From: Polyangiales bacterium
GTDB taxonomy: Bacteria > Myxococcota_A > Polyangia > Polyangiales > Ga0077539
Assembly (NCBI GenBank): GCA_046351515.1
Contig: JAXLYJ010000005.1
Span: forward strand, 178,892 to 242,891
DNA: 64,000 nucleotides
Direction: 5' to 3'
Both the position numbers and the translations under genes were made by a program. Below the pieces are notes generated by a model. That model did no database searches. It was given only the letters and a program-made list of their open reading frames with translations, and was not told the origin of the DNA. Below are positions 8,989-19,025 of the stretch, one piece after another. Every line of letters begins with the position of its first letter. Positions within the stretch are counted from its first letter, which is position 1.

Positions 8989-11310
8989 TCAGCGATCTTC
9001 GCCCGCGACGGTGATTACGTCCGCGAGCACAGCGTCGAGCTCCTCCATGCGAAAGGGCTTCTCGAGCACTGGCCTTCCGCACGCCCTGAGAAACTGCACG
9101 TGCTCGTCGGTGATCGCGCCGCCCGTGAGAAACACGAACTTCGTCGCCTGCGCGGGCCGCGCTTCTCGCGTGGCGTCGAAGAGCGCAGGTCCGTCCATGC
9201 CAGGGATGCGCAGGTCGCAGAGCACCGCGTCGTAGAGCGGAGCGTCTTCCCGCGTGAGCCGCTCGAACGCGCGCACGCCGTCGCTCGCGTGCTCGACGTG
9301 AAAGCGAGGAGACAGCCCGCGAGAGAGCGCGATCGCCAGCGCTTGCTCGTCTTCGACCACGAGCACGCGCCCGCCCGTCGGCGGCTCGCTCGGGCGCGAG
9401 ACCGGAGGATGCGACGATCGAACGGAGTGGCGAACGGGGAGGGTGATCGTAAACGTCGTTCCGCGGCCGATTTCGCTCTGCACTTCGATGGTGCCGCCAG
9501 CGCGGCGCACCAGGTCCATCGAGATTGTCAGGCCCAACCCCGTCCCGTCGCCGGGGCCCTTCGTCGTGAAGAACGGATCGAACACCCGCGAGAGGTTCTC
9601 TTCGGGGATGCCTACGCCCGTGTCGCTCACCCGCACGATCACGCTGCCGCTCTGCTCACGGGTCTCGACGCGCACGCAGTGCCGCTCGGGATCTCCCGTG
9701 GGGATCGCCTGCGCCGCGTTCACCAACAAGTTCACGAACACCTGCCCGAGCCGCGCGTGATCGCCGGGCAACGGCGGCAGCTGGCCGAGGTCGAGCTCGA
9801 CCTTCGCGCGGCTCTTCACGACCGCTTGCGTGAGCGTCACCGCCGAGGTCATCAGCCGATTGACGTCCACCGGCGTCGAGACCGCGCTCTCTGGGATGCG
9901 CGCGAACATCCGCAGCTCTCCGACGATTTGCGCGATGCGCTGCACTCCGTCGTGCAGGTCTCCGACGACCTCGGTCATGCGCGCGCGCGTCGCGCTCGAC
10001 GCCTCGTCCGTCGGTAGCTGCTGCAACAGCCGACCGAGCTGCTGCGTCCCGAGCAGGATGAACGCGGCGGGGTTGTTGATTTCGTGTGCGACGCCCGCGG
10101 CCAGCGCGCCGAGCGACGCGAGCCGGTCGGTGTGCACGAGCTGTTTTCGGGTCTCGAGCTCGTCGGTCACGTCTTGCCCGATTCCCTCGACGCGCTGCGC
10201 GCTCTCTCCCGCGGCGACGCGGTGGAGGCGCGTGCGAATCACCACGATTTTCGCGTCGAACCTGCGAAATCGCAGCTCGACCGGGCGCGACTCGCCGTGC
10301 TCGATCGCCTCGGTGCGCGCGTGCTCGAACAGCTCTCGGTCGCGCGCCTCGGCCAAGCGCTCGAGCAGCGCGACGCCGAGCAAGCGATCGCCGTCGTGCA
10401 CGCCGAGCCCGCGCGCCACCGCGCCGTTGACGAACTCGACCTTGAGCCCGCTGTCATCGAGGCGAAACACCCACACCGGAATCGAGTCGAGCAGCTGCGT
10501 GCGCTCGGCGTCGAGCACCCGAACATCGTCCATCGCCTTGGCCGCCCTGAGCGCGACCGAGAACGTGCGCGCCGCGAGCGCGAGCAGCGCGATGGCGTTG
10601 GACGCGAGCGCGCGATTCGCCGTGAAGAGCGCGACCCCGACGGGGCTGTCCGCGGCGATCAGCGGCCGAACCATCACGAACGAGTCCGCCGCGAGCGCCG
10701 CGGTGATGCGCGAGACCGCCTTCTCGGTCACGTCGCCGGACTCGTCGACGCGCGCTTCGAGCAGACGACTGAGGGCGGTCGGCGCGACGCCTCGCGCTCC
10801 GACGAGGGCCACGACTCGCCCGTCACGATCGGCGCGCGCGATCGCCACTCCGACGCCTGGGACATACTCGCGCACGAGCGCGATCGCTCGCTCGAAGCCG
10901 CGCTGCGCGTCGAGCTCACCCGCGAACAGCTCGGCGAGCTCTGCGACGAACGCGAGCGTGCCTGCGCGCTGCTCGTACTCGCGCTCGCTCTCGAGCCGCG
11001 GCCGCGCGTCGCCGAGCAGGGCGAAGCGAACCTCCGCCGCGCTCGCTGGCGCTGGGCCCAAGCACAGATCCACGGCGACGATCTGCCCGGTCGGCGTGTG
11101 AAAATGCACGAACAAATTGTCCGTCGCCGCCGCGTTGGCGAGCGCTTCACGGATCGATGGAGCGTCGAGCTCGAGCGCGATCGAGTCGAGTCGAACGCCG
11201 GTCGCATCGGTCCCGAGCAGCGCGCGCGCGCGGTCGTTGCTCGCGACGATGAGCCCATCGCCGTCGAGCGAGACGAGCGCGGCGGGGAGTCGAGAGAGCT
11301 GCGCGGTCAC
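8989..11310 (-). CDS. Hybrid sensor histidine kinase with PAS and GAF sensor domains and a C-terminal receiver domain
   Basis: HisKA H-box HEINNPAAFI. HATPase_c N, G1 and G2 boxes (FVNLLVNAAQA...DTGVGIP...GLGLTIS). C-terminal REC domain (VLVVEDEQALA...D...LCDLRIPGMDG...K). Confidence 0.8.
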   Translation of the reverse strand: MTAQLSRLPAALVSLDGDGLIVASNDRARALLGTDATGVRLDSIALELDAPSIREALANAAATDNLFVHFHTPTGQIVAVDLCLGPAPASAAEVRFALLGDARPRLESEREYEQRAGTLAFVAELAELFAGELDAQRGFERAIALVREYVPGVGVAIARADRDGRVVALVGARGVAPTALSRLLEARVDESGDVTEKAVSRITAALAADSFVMVRPLIAADSPVGVALFTANRALASNAIALLALAARTFSVALRAAKAMDDVRVLDAERTQLLDSIPVWVFRLDDSGLKVEFVNGAVARGLGVHDGDRLLGVALLERLAEARDRELFEHARTEAIEHGESRPVELRFRRFDAKIVVIRTRLHRVAAGESAQRVEGIGQDVTDELETRKQLVHTDRLASLGALAAGVAHEINNPAAFILLGTQQLGRLLQQLPTDEASSATRARMTEVVGDLHDGVQRIAQIVGELRMFARIPESAVSTPVDVNRLMTSAVTLTQAVVKSRAKVELDLGQLPPLPGDHARLGQVFVNLLVNAAQAIPTGDPERHCVRVETREQSGSVIVRVSDTGVGIPEENLSRVFDPFFTTKGPGDGTGLGLTISMDLVRRAGGTIEVQSEIGRGTTFTITLPVRHSVRSSHPPVSRPSEPPTGGRVLVVEDEQALAIALSRGLSPRFHVEHASDGVRAFERLTREDAPLYDAVLCDLRIPGMDGPALFDATREARPAQATKFVFLTGGAITDEHVQFLRACGRPVLEKPFRMEELDAVLADVITVAGEDR

Positions 11311-12728
11311 GGCCCGACGGTGTGCACGCGGAGCGAGTTGGTGCGGCCCTTGACGCTCACGGGCGCGCCGAAGATCACGACGATCCGGTCGCCGGGCTGC
11401 ACGAGACCCTCGCCGATCAAGCGCTTCTGCACGAGGTCGACCATCTCATCGGTGTCGCGCACGGCCACCATCACGCGCGAGGTCGTGCCCCAGTACAAGC
11501 CGAGCCGGCGACGGATGTTTTCGTTTGGCGAAAACGCGATGATCGGCACCTGCGGACGCTCCATCGCCACCAGGCGCGCGCTGTCGCCGCCCTGGGTGAA
11601 GACGGCGATGAGCTTCGCTCCCACGTCGTGCGCCGCTTGCACTGCGACGCGCGCGAGCGCCTCGGGAAACGGCGCGGGAACCGGCGGCGGCGGCGGCGGT
11701 TTTCTCGCGTAGTACGGCGAGGCCTCGGCGGTCGTCACGATCCTGGCCATCATCGAGACGGCCAACGCCGGGTGATCGCCGGACGCGCTCTCTTGCGAGA
11801 GCATCGTGGCGTCGGCGCCGTCGAAGATCGCGTGCGCGACGTCGCTCGCCTCGGCGCGCGTCGGCCGCGTGCTCTTCACCATCGACTGCAGCATCTCGGT
11901 CGCGACGATCACCGGCTTGCGCTGCTTCACGGCGCTGTCGATCACCTTGCGCTGCAGGACCGGCACGTGTTCGGGCGGAAACTCCACGCCCAAGTCGCCG
12001 CGCGCCACCATCACAGCGTCCGAGACGTGCACGATTTCGTCGAGTCGATCGATGGCCTGCGGCGTCTCGATCTTGGACACGAGCGGGACGTTTGCGCCCC
12101 ACGCGTCGCAGATCTCGCGGACGAAGCGCACGTCGTCCGGCGACCGCACGAAGGAGATCGCGATGTAGTCCACTCCCGCGGACAGGCAGAACATGAGGTC
12201 CTGCTTGTCCTTCGCGGTGAGCGCTTCCATCTGCAGCTGCCCCGACGGCAAGTGCACGCCGACGTTGTCTCGAACCTGCCCCGGCTCTTCGACCACGCAA
12301 CGAACGCGCTCTCCGTCGACGGACTCGACGCGCAGGCGAACGCGCGCGTCGTCGAGGTGGATCATGTCGCCGGGCGTGACGTCCTTGGCGATCGTGGGAT
12401 AGCGAATCGGCAGCGACTCGTCGCTGCTCTGCGTGCCCGCGAACAGCTCGACCGTCGAGCCCTGAGCGAGCACGCGCGAGGGCGTGCCCAGCTTGCCGAG
12501 GCGGATCTTTGGACCGCACAAATCGCCGAGGATGGCTACGGCTTTTCGACGGCGCTCGGACACTTCGCGGATCGCGTCGATCGCCTTGCGGTGGTCATCG
12601 TGAGTGCCGTGCGAGAAATTGAGGCGCGCGACGTCCATCCCGGCGGCCATGAGCGCGTCGAGTCCTTCGTGCGTGCTCGAGGCGGGGCCGATGGTACAGA
12701 CGATCTTCGCCCGACGTTGGTGCTGCAT
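11307..12728 (-). CDS. pyk: Pyruvate kinase
   Basis: MQHQRRAKIVCTIGPASSTHEGLDALMAAGMDVARLNFSHG matches the canonical pyruvate kinase N-terminus. The barrel and C-terminal domains follow. The stop overlaps the downstream histidine kinase start (ATGA at 11307-11310). Confidence 0.85.
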   Translation of the reverse strand: MQHQRRAKIVCTIGPASSTHEGLDALMAAGMDVARLNFSHGTHDDHRKAIDAIREVSERRRKAVAILGDLCGPKIRLGKLGTPSRVLAQGSTVELFAGTQSSDESLPIRYPTIAKDVTPGDMIHLDDARVRLRVESVDGERVRCVVEEPGQVRDNVGVHLPSGQLQMEALTAKDKQDLMFCLSAGVDYIAISFVRSPDDVRFVREICDAWGANVPLVSKIETPQAIDRLDEIVHVSDAVMVARGDLGVEFPPEHVPVLQRKVIDSAVKQRKPVIVATEMLQSMVKSTRPTRAEASDVAHAIFDGADATMLSQESASGDHPALAVSMMARIVTTAEASPYYARKPPPPPPVPAPFPEALARVAVQAAHDVGAKLIAVFTQGGDSARLVAMERPQVPIIAFSPNENIRRRLGLYWGTTSRVMVAVRDTDEMVDLVQKRLIGEGLVQPGDRIVVIFGAPVSVKGRTNSLRVHTVGP

Positions 12729-12793
12729 GATCGCGGGGCTTCTATACCGCGACTGCATTCCGTCGGGCATACTCAAACGCGTTGGAGGACCCG

Positions 12794-14989
12794 TTGAGAC
12801 CTCGTTCGATCGCACCCTTTGCTTCAGCCTTGCTCGCGTTCGCGCTCGGTACCGCTGCATGCAGCACCCCTCGAATCACCGAGGACAGCGGCGTCGATGA
12901 CGCGCAAGCGATGGACGGGACCGTGTCCGACATCGTCGTTCTCGACACGGTCGTCGGTGACGTCGGGCCCGATACGGGCTCGCTCGGCAGGTCGTGCACG
13001 CGCAACGCGCAGTGCGACGACGGGATCGAGTGCACCGACGATTTGTGCGGGACCAACGGTCGCTGCGAGAACATTCCTAACGCGATGCGCTGTGACAACG
13101 GCGTGTACTGCGACGGGCTCGAGCGCTGCGACACCCGTCGGGGCTGCATGCGCGGCGATCCCGTGACGTGCAACGACAACGAGGTCTGCACCGCCGATCG
13201 CTGCGACGAAACGACGCGCTCGTGTGTAAACCAACCGCTCGACCGCGACGGCGACGGCGATCCTGACGATCATTGCTGGGATCGCATGTGCGCCTCGGGC
13301 GACGCGGGCCTCGGCGACGCCACGCGCAACGACGCCGGCGTGTTGACCTGCTGGATCGGCCGCGACTGCAACGACTCGGACCCGCGCGTCGCGTCGACGA
13401 ACGCAGAGATTTGCAACGACATGATCGACAACAACTGCAACGGGATGGTCGATTCGGCCGAGCCCGGCGGTTGTCGATCGGCGCCCAACGATCGCTGCGA
13501 CGATCCGCTCGACGTTTCGCGAGGCGGAACGTTCACGATGGACCTCACCGCGACGCCGGGTGACTACGTCTTCAGCTGCGCCTCGCGACAGACCCGCGAC
13601 GCCGTCGCGCGCTTCACGCTCACCGAGCCGAGGGACATCGCGATCACGGCGAGCTCGGACAGCGGCGTGACGGCGATCGCGCTGCAGTCGAACTGCGGCG
13701 GGAGCGCGACGATGGACACGCTCGAGTGCGACCAGGGATTTCCCGGGACGATTCGACGTCACTCGCTGCCGGCGGGCACGTACTTCATCCTCGTCGGCTC
13801 GTCCGTGCGCGGCCCCGTCGACCTCACGGTGAACCTGTTGCCGGCGACTCCAGCGCCCACGAACGACCAGTGCGCGGACGCGATCGAGATCCCCGCTCCC
13901 GCAGGCGGAACGTTTCGCTCGGACCTCATCGGCGTCACCGATCAAGTCTCGACGAGCTGCGGCTCGAGCGCGCGCGATGTGTTCTATCGCTTCACGCTCA
14001 CCGAGCCGAAGAACGTCACGCTCTCGGCGGCCGCCGGTCGCTTGGACAACCTGTACATCTCGCTGCTCGCGAACTGCCAGCGCTCTCCGACGACGCTGCG
14101 CTGCGAGTCTGGGCAGAGCCCGACGTTTCGCGCGTTCTCGCTGCCTGCGGGGACGTACTACGTCGCGGTTGAGTCGTTCGACCCGGTGGCGTTCTCGATG
14201 ACGGCCACGTTCTCGGACCCGACGCCGCCCCCGATGGGAGACACGTGCGCGAGCGCGCTTGCGCTCACGACGGCGGCGCCCGTTCGAGTCAACACTGGAG
14301 CGCTCGAGAACGACTATCGCCCCTCGTGCTTCTCTTCGGGACGCGACGGCGTGCTCACCTTCACGTTGACCGAGCGCCAGGACGTGCTCGTGACGGCGCA
14401 GGGCAGCTCGTCGGACTACGTCGCCGTGGCGATTCACACGGCGTGTCCCATCTCGGGCGCCAACGAGCGCGCGTGCGTGGCCAACTCCACCGCAGGCCGC
14501 GCCCTCGCGCTCGGCCTCGATCCCGGAACGTACTTCGTCACCGTGAAGAGCTCGCGCCCTGCGGATCTGCAAGTGCGCCTCAACACGTACGCTCCGGTCT
14601 CGGTCACCACGCCGATGGGCGGTGACACCTGCGCCGCGGCCATCGGCCTGACCGCGGATCGCATGCTCTTTCGCGGAACGACCATGGGCCTCACCAACGA
14701 CTACCGCGGCAGCTGCGCGAGCTCGACGGGCCCCGACGTGGTCTATCAGGTCCGCGTCGATCGCACGCGTCGCTTCACAGCCCTGCTCGACTCGACCTTC
14801 TTCAACGTGATGTACATCACCCGCGACGACGCGTGCCCTGGGATGCCGGCCACCACGATGGGCAGCAACTGCACGCTCGGATCGCGTTCGACCATCGACC
14901 TGACGCTCGAGCCTGGCACGTATCGACTCTTCGTCGACGCGCTCTCGGGAACGGGCGGGATGTACACGCTCTACACGCAGCTCGAGTAG
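12794..14989 (+). CDS. Secreted cysteine-rich protein: Myxococcus cysteine-rich repeats, a MopE-like motif, and four roughly 110-aa beta-sandwich (PPC-like) repeats
   Basis: Probable TTG start at 12794 preceded by GGAGGA. Signal MRPRSIAPFASALLAFALGTAAC. CDDGIECTDDLCGTNGRCE / C..D.C repeats. CNDSDPRVASTNAEICNDMIDNNCNGMVDSAEPGGC. Four repeats beginning FTLTEP(R/K).... Confidence 0.6.
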   Translation: MRPRSIAPFASALLAFALGTAACSTPRITEDSGVDDAQAMDGTVSDIVVLDTVVGDVGPDTGSLGRSCTRNAQCDDGIECTDDLCGTNGRCENIPNAMRCDNGVYCDGLERCDTRRGCMRGDPVTCNDNEVCTADRCDETTRSCVNQPLDRDGDGDPDDHCWDRMCASGDAGLGDATRNDAGVLTCWIGRDCNDSDPRVASTNAEICNDMIDNNCNGMVDSAEPGGCRSAPNDRCDDPLDVSRGGTFTMDLTATPGDYVFSCASRQTRDAVARFTLTEPRDIAITASSDSGVTAIALQSNCGGSATMDTLECDQGFPGTIRRHSLPAGTYFILVGSSVRGPVDLTVNLLPATPAPTNDQCADAIEIPAPAGGTFRSDLIGVTDQVSTSCGSSARDVFYRFTLTEPKNVTLSAAAGRLDNLYISLLANCQRSPTTLRCESGQSPTFRAFSLPAGTYYVAVESFDPVAFSMTATFSDPTPPPMGDTCASALALTTAAPVRVNTGALENDYRPSCFSSGRDGVLTFTLTERQDVLVTAQGSSSDYVAVAIHTACPISGANERACVANSTAGRALALGLDPGTYFVTVKSSRPADLQVRLNTYAPVSVTTPMGGDTCAAAIGLTADRMLFRGTTMGLTNDYRGSCASSTGPDVVYQVRVDRTRRFTALLDSTFFNVMYITRDDACPGMPATTMGSNCTLGSRSTIDLTLEPGTYRLFVDALSGTGGMYTLYTQLE

Positions 14990-15115
14990 CGAGCGTCGCG
15001 CGAGCCGTGAGCCGTTCGTAGGGGGTGGTCGAAGGTCCGAGGCGCGACGGGGGGATCGATCGCGATGCGCTGGGATTGTTCAGCGATCCTTGCGATCAGC
15101 CTCGAGCGTGCGCGC

Positions 15116-16138
15116 TCACGGAGCGCTCGGCGCTTGGATGCCGAACCACGGCATCGGATCGATCGTGTCCGAGCCGTGGCGAACCTCGAAGTACAAGTGC
15201 GCGCCCTGTCCTTCGTCTCCCACGGTCCCGAGCACCGCGCCCGCAGGCAGCTCTTCGCCGACGCGCACCGCGACGGTCCCGAGGTTGCCCGAGACCGTGT
15301 AGTAGTGCTCGCCGTGATCGAGGATCACGAGTCGGCCGAACGCGCCGTAGCGATCGCTGAAGGCGACGCGGCCGGGATAGACGGCGCGAACCGGCGTTCC
15401 GACGGCGGCGCGCACTTCGATGCCGGGACCTTCGGCGCCCTCGCGCTGCACGCGACGCAGCTCAGCGCGGCCCGCGATCGGCAAGAGCAATCGCCCCGCG
15501 CTCTCGGAGAAGGTCGCGCTCGCGGTGTCTCCACCGCGGCCTCCGTACACGGTCACGGATCCGCCGAGCACGTTGGGCGCGACCGCCGCGACGCCGAGCG
15601 ATCCCGATCCGCCGAACAGCTCCGTCTGCTGCCTGCGCGCCGCGAGGTCCACCCGACGCTGCTGCGTCGCGGTCTTCTCTCGCTCGATGCGCTCGCGCTC
15701 GGCGCGAAGCTCCGTCGAGCGACGGCGCACCGAGTCGAGCTCATCCAGCGAAGAGACCAGCGAACGCCGCGTGTGCGCGACGCGAGACATGTGCTCGAGC
15801 AGCGATCCTGGCCCGCCTCGCAGCGCGAGAAACGCGCCCTGGCGCAGGTGATACATCCGTCGCGTCTCCCGACGCGCGCGCTCGCGCACCGCTTGCTCGC
15901 GCGCGGGCAGTCCTTCGGCCTCTTGTGAGAGCCGTCGCGCCTGCGCGTCGAGCCGCTCGACCTCGGAGTCGGCGTCCGAGATCGCTCGGTCGAGCGTCGC
16001 GAGGCGCTCTGCGGGAGACTGCGCTGCCGTTGTATCTGCCTGCGAATTCGCTGGAAGACTCTGCGCCGACGCCCCGGCTGCGATGGCGATCGCGCACAGG
16101 GCAGCCAGCGTTCGACGTTCGTTGATTCGAGCTGCCAT
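15116..16138 (-). CDS. Peptidase M23 family murein hydrolase activator (EnvC-like; coiled-coil plus LytM domain)
   Basis: Signal peptide, a long coiled-coil region, and a C-terminal M23 domain (ILDHGEHYYTVSGNLGTVAVRVGEELPAGAVLGTVGDEG...HLYFEVRHG). It is encoded directly downstream of ftsX. Confidence 0.75.
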   Translation of the reverse strand: MAARINERRTLAALCAIAIAAGASAQSLPANSQADTTAAQSPAERLATLDRAISDADSEVERLDAQARRLSQEAEGLPAREQAVRERARRETRRMYHLRQGAFLALRGGPGSLLEHMSRVAHTRRSLVSSLDELDSVRRRSTELRAERERIEREKTATQQRRVDLAARRQQTELFGGSGSLGVAAVAPNVLGGSVTVYGGRGGDTASATFSESAGRLLLPIAGRAELRRVQREGAEGPGIEVRAAVGTPVRAVYPGRVAFSDRYGAFGRLVILDHGEHYYTVSGNLGTVAVRVGEELPAGAVLGTVGDEGQGAHLYFEVRHGSDTIDPMPWFGIQAPSAP

Positions 16139-16144
16139 CGTGGA

Positions 16145-17008
16145 TCACACCTTCAGCCAGCGACGAACGGCCAGCGCGCTTCCCGTGGCGCCGAGCCCAG
16201 CGCCGCCGAGGATGAACAGGACCACCACGGGGATCGAGAGAAACACCGGGCGCATTCCGATCGAGCCGGACATGAGATCGAGCCGGCCGCGGAGCGTGAA
16301 GAAGACCATCGCGAGCAGCGTGAGCGCGAGCACCGCGCCGCCGCCGCCGAGCAGCGCGCCCTCTGCGAGAAAGGGCGAGCGGACGTAGCGCGGCGAGGCT
16401 CCGACCAGGCGCAGCACCTCGACCTCGCGCATCCGAGCGTGGAGCGAGAGGCGGACCGTGTTGCTCACGACCGCGATCGCACAGAGAAGGACAATCAGGC
16501 CGAAGATCACCGTCGCGTTGCGTCCGCCCGAGAGGACCGACTGCAGCTGTCCGGTGATTCCCTGGTAGGTCTCGACGTCGCTCACGGTGGGGAGGCGACG
16601 GACGCGCGAGGCGAGCGACTCGATGCGCGAGCTGTCCGCGACGCCTGGCGTGAGCGAGAGCTCCACGGTGGCAGGAAACAGCTCGGTGCTCGCCGACGCC
16701 ATCACGCGGTCGTCGCCCGCGACCAGCGCGCGAGACTCCGAGGGAGAGACGTAGCGGGCGCTCGAGACCTCGGGCAGCGATCCGAGCGCGGCGCGAAGGG
16801 CGTCGACCTGCTCCGCATTGGCTCCGTCCGCGAGGTAGACGGTCATACGAACGGGCCCGCCCCAGCGGCGCGAGAGATCGTTGATGTTCTGCGCGACCAG
16901 CGCTGATGCAGCGAGGCAGAACAGCGCGAGCGCGACGGTAGCGACGCTGACAACCTGAGTGCGCACGTGCTCACGCACGCCGCGCAACGCGCGCGAAACG
17001 ACCTTCAT
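16145..17008 (-). CDS. ftsX: Cell division ABC transporter permease FtsX
   Basis: Four-TM FtsX topology with a large periplasmic loop between TM1 and TM2. It follows ftsE with a 57-bp gap. Confidence 0.8.
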   Translation of the reverse strand: MKVVSRALRGVREHVRTQVVSVATVALALFCLAASALVAQNINDLSRRWGGPVRMTVYLADGANAEQVDALRAALGSLPEVSSARYVSPSESRALVAGDDRVMASASTELFPATVELSLTPGVADSSRIESLASRVRRLPTVSDVETYQGITGQLQSVLSGGRNATVIFGLIVLLCAIAVVSNTVRLSLHARMREVEVLRLVGASPRYVRSPFLAEGALLGGGGAVLALTLLAMVFFTLRGRLDLMSGSIGMRPVFLSIPVVVLFILGGAGLGATGSALAVRRWLKV

Positions 17009-17064
17009 ACCTTTGGCTCCTCACAGTCGAAAACGAGCTCCGCGCGCGGCAGTGGCGGCGGTGA

Positions 17065-17916
17065 TTACAGCGGCAGACGCGCGGTCGCCGTCGCGTCATC
17101 GGCGTCGGCGTGACCGCGCTGCGCAGCGATGGCTCCGCCGACCGCGCGCAGCCCCTGGCGCGCCTCGATCGTGCGTCCGTCGTCGATGACGATGAGTCGG
17201 TGCTGCGGCGATTGCTCGAGCAAGCTGCGGTCGTGCGTCGCGAAGAGCACCGTGGTTCCCGCCTCGTGGATCTCTTCGAAGAGGCCGAGGATGTCGAGCG
17301 CGAGGACGGGGTCGAGGTTTCCTGTGGGCTCGTCGGCAAGGACGATCGCGGGCTCGTTGACGATGGCGCGCGCGACGGCGACGCGCTGCTGCTCGCCGCC
17401 CGAGAGCACGGACGCGAGGTCTTCTCCGCGGCCCGCGAGCCCCACGCGCTCGAGCGCCATCGCGACGCGCGAGCGAATCACGCGCGCGGGCATCCCCGCG
17501 ACCTCGAGCGCCACCGCCACGTTCTCGAACACCGTCCAGTACGGAACGAGCTTGAAGTCCTGAAACACCACGCCGATGTTGCGGCGCAGAAACGGGACGC
17601 TCTCGTCGGTGAGCCGCGCGATGTCGCGTCCGCAGAACAAGATGCGCCCTTCATCCACGGTCTCGGCGCGGTACACGAGCTTGAGCAGCGTGGACTTTCC
17701 TGCGCCCGAGGGGCCCGTGACGAAGACGAACTCGCCGCGCTCGATCGTCAGGTCCACCCGACGAAGCACCGGCGCGTCCGCGCGAAACACCTTCACGACG
17801 CCGTCGAGCACGAGGATGGGCTTGTGCGCCGCCGATCGGTCGAAGTGACCGTCAGGGCGAAATTGCCGTCCGAATTGAGCTCCGATGCGCGGGCGTCCCA
17901 TGACCATACCGCCCAT
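17065..17916 (-). CDS. ftsE: Cell division ATP-binding protein FtsE (with a C-terminal extension)
   Basis: Walker A GPSGAGKST, ABC signature LSGGEQQRVAVARA, Walker B IVLADEPTGNLD. The start was chosen at MGGMVMGRP; alternatives run up to 17988. Confidence 0.8.
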   Translation of the reverse strand: MGGMVMGRPRIGAQFGRQFRPDGHFDRSAAHKPILVLDGVVKVFRADAPVLRRVDLTIERGEFVFVTGPSGAGKSTLLKLVYRAETVDEGRILFCGRDIARLTDESVPFLRRNIGVVFQDFKLVPYWTVFENVAVALEVAGMPARVIRSRVAMALERVGLAGRGEDLASVLSGGEQQRVAVARAIVNEPAIVLADEPTGNLDPVLALDILGLFEEIHEAGTTVLFATHDRSLLEQSPQHRLIVIDDGRTIEARQGLRAVGGAIAAQRGHADADDATATARLPL

Positions 17917-18046
17917 AGCCCGCCCGAGGTTCGCGACGCAAAAAAACGGAAGACAATGCCGACCCCATCGGTCGGATCGATCGACCACGAGAGCTCTCGA
18001 TCCGCTGCGACTTCATCGCTGAAGTCACCAGCGCTCGAGTCCCCGT

Positions 18047-19003
18047 TCAGCTCATGATCCCTTCTTCTTCCATCCGCTGCCCGAGCGACGAAAACACCGC
18101 GGGGTCGAGGTACGGCAGCGTCTCGGCGGCGATCGCGTTGGCCTTGGCCATCTCGGGCGTGCGCGCGCCGACCACCGCGCAGTGCACTGCGTTGTTCGCG
18201 AGCACATAGCGAATCGCCGCCTCGCGCAGGTCTCTCACCGAGTCCTTCACGAACGGGCGGAGCACTTCGCGCTGGCGCACGCGACGACCCAGCTCTTCCG
18301 CCGACCAACGAAGCGAGCGGTGATCGTCGGCGGCGAACTGGCGATCCGCGCTCCAGCTGTCAGCGAGCGCCCCGTACGCGAGCGGCGAGCGCGCGATCAC
18401 GCCGACGTGCAGTCGTTGCAGATCCGGGACGATCGAGTGCAACAGCCTCGGGGCGAGCACGTTGTACGGCAGCTCGATGACGTCGATCGATTGCTTCAGC
18501 GCGGACTTCGCAGCGTCGTAGCCGCCGACGCTCGCGCCCATCGCCGTCGCGAGTCCGCGCTCACGAAAGGACGCCAGCGCGTCGAGCGCGTCGAACGAGC
18601 GCTCGAGCGTGCTCGAGAGCGGGTTGTGCAACAGCACGACGTCGACGTACTGCGTCCGCAGCCGCTGCAGCGAGGACTCGAGCATGCGGAGCATCGATCC
18701 CCGATCGAAGCGCTTGCGCGGCGGATCGCTCTCGCGATCGACGCCGATGCGCAGGACGATGCGGAGCTTCGATCGGTCGCGCCCCTCGATCACCTCGCCG
18801 ACGAGCGAGTCGATCTCTTCCCCCTTTTTTCCGTAGCAGCTCGCGAGCTCGATCACGGTGCAGCCCGCGTCGAGGGCCGCTTCGATCGTCGCGCGCGCCA
18901 CGGATCGCTCGACCGGGCCGTATGCTTCGCCCGCGAGGGACCAGCAGCCGAGGCCAATTTCGCTCACTTCGATGGCCGTTCGGCCCAGCGTTCGCGTTCG
19001 CAC
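18047..19003 (-). CDS. Aldo/keto reductase family oxidoreductase
   Basis: RTLGRTAIEVSEIGLGCW is a typical AKR N-terminus. Probable GTG start at 19003. Confidence 0.7.
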   Translation of the reverse strand: MRTRTLGRTAIEVSEIGLGCWSLAGEAYGPVERSVARATIEAALDAGCTVIELASCYGKKGEEIDSLVGEVIEGRDRSKLRIVLRIGVDRESDPPRKRFDRGSMLRMLESSLQRLRTQYVDVVLLHNPLSSTLERSFDALDALASFRERGLATAMGASVGGYDAAKSALKQSIDVIELPYNVLAPRLLHSIVPDLQRLHVGVIARSPLAYGALADSWSADRQFAADDHRSLRWSAEELGRRVRQREVLRPFVKDSVRDLREAAIRYVLANNAVHCAVVGARTPEMAKANAIAAETLPYLDPAVFSSLGQRMEEEGIMS

Positions 19004-19025
19004 GGATGACGTGCGCGATGAGATA

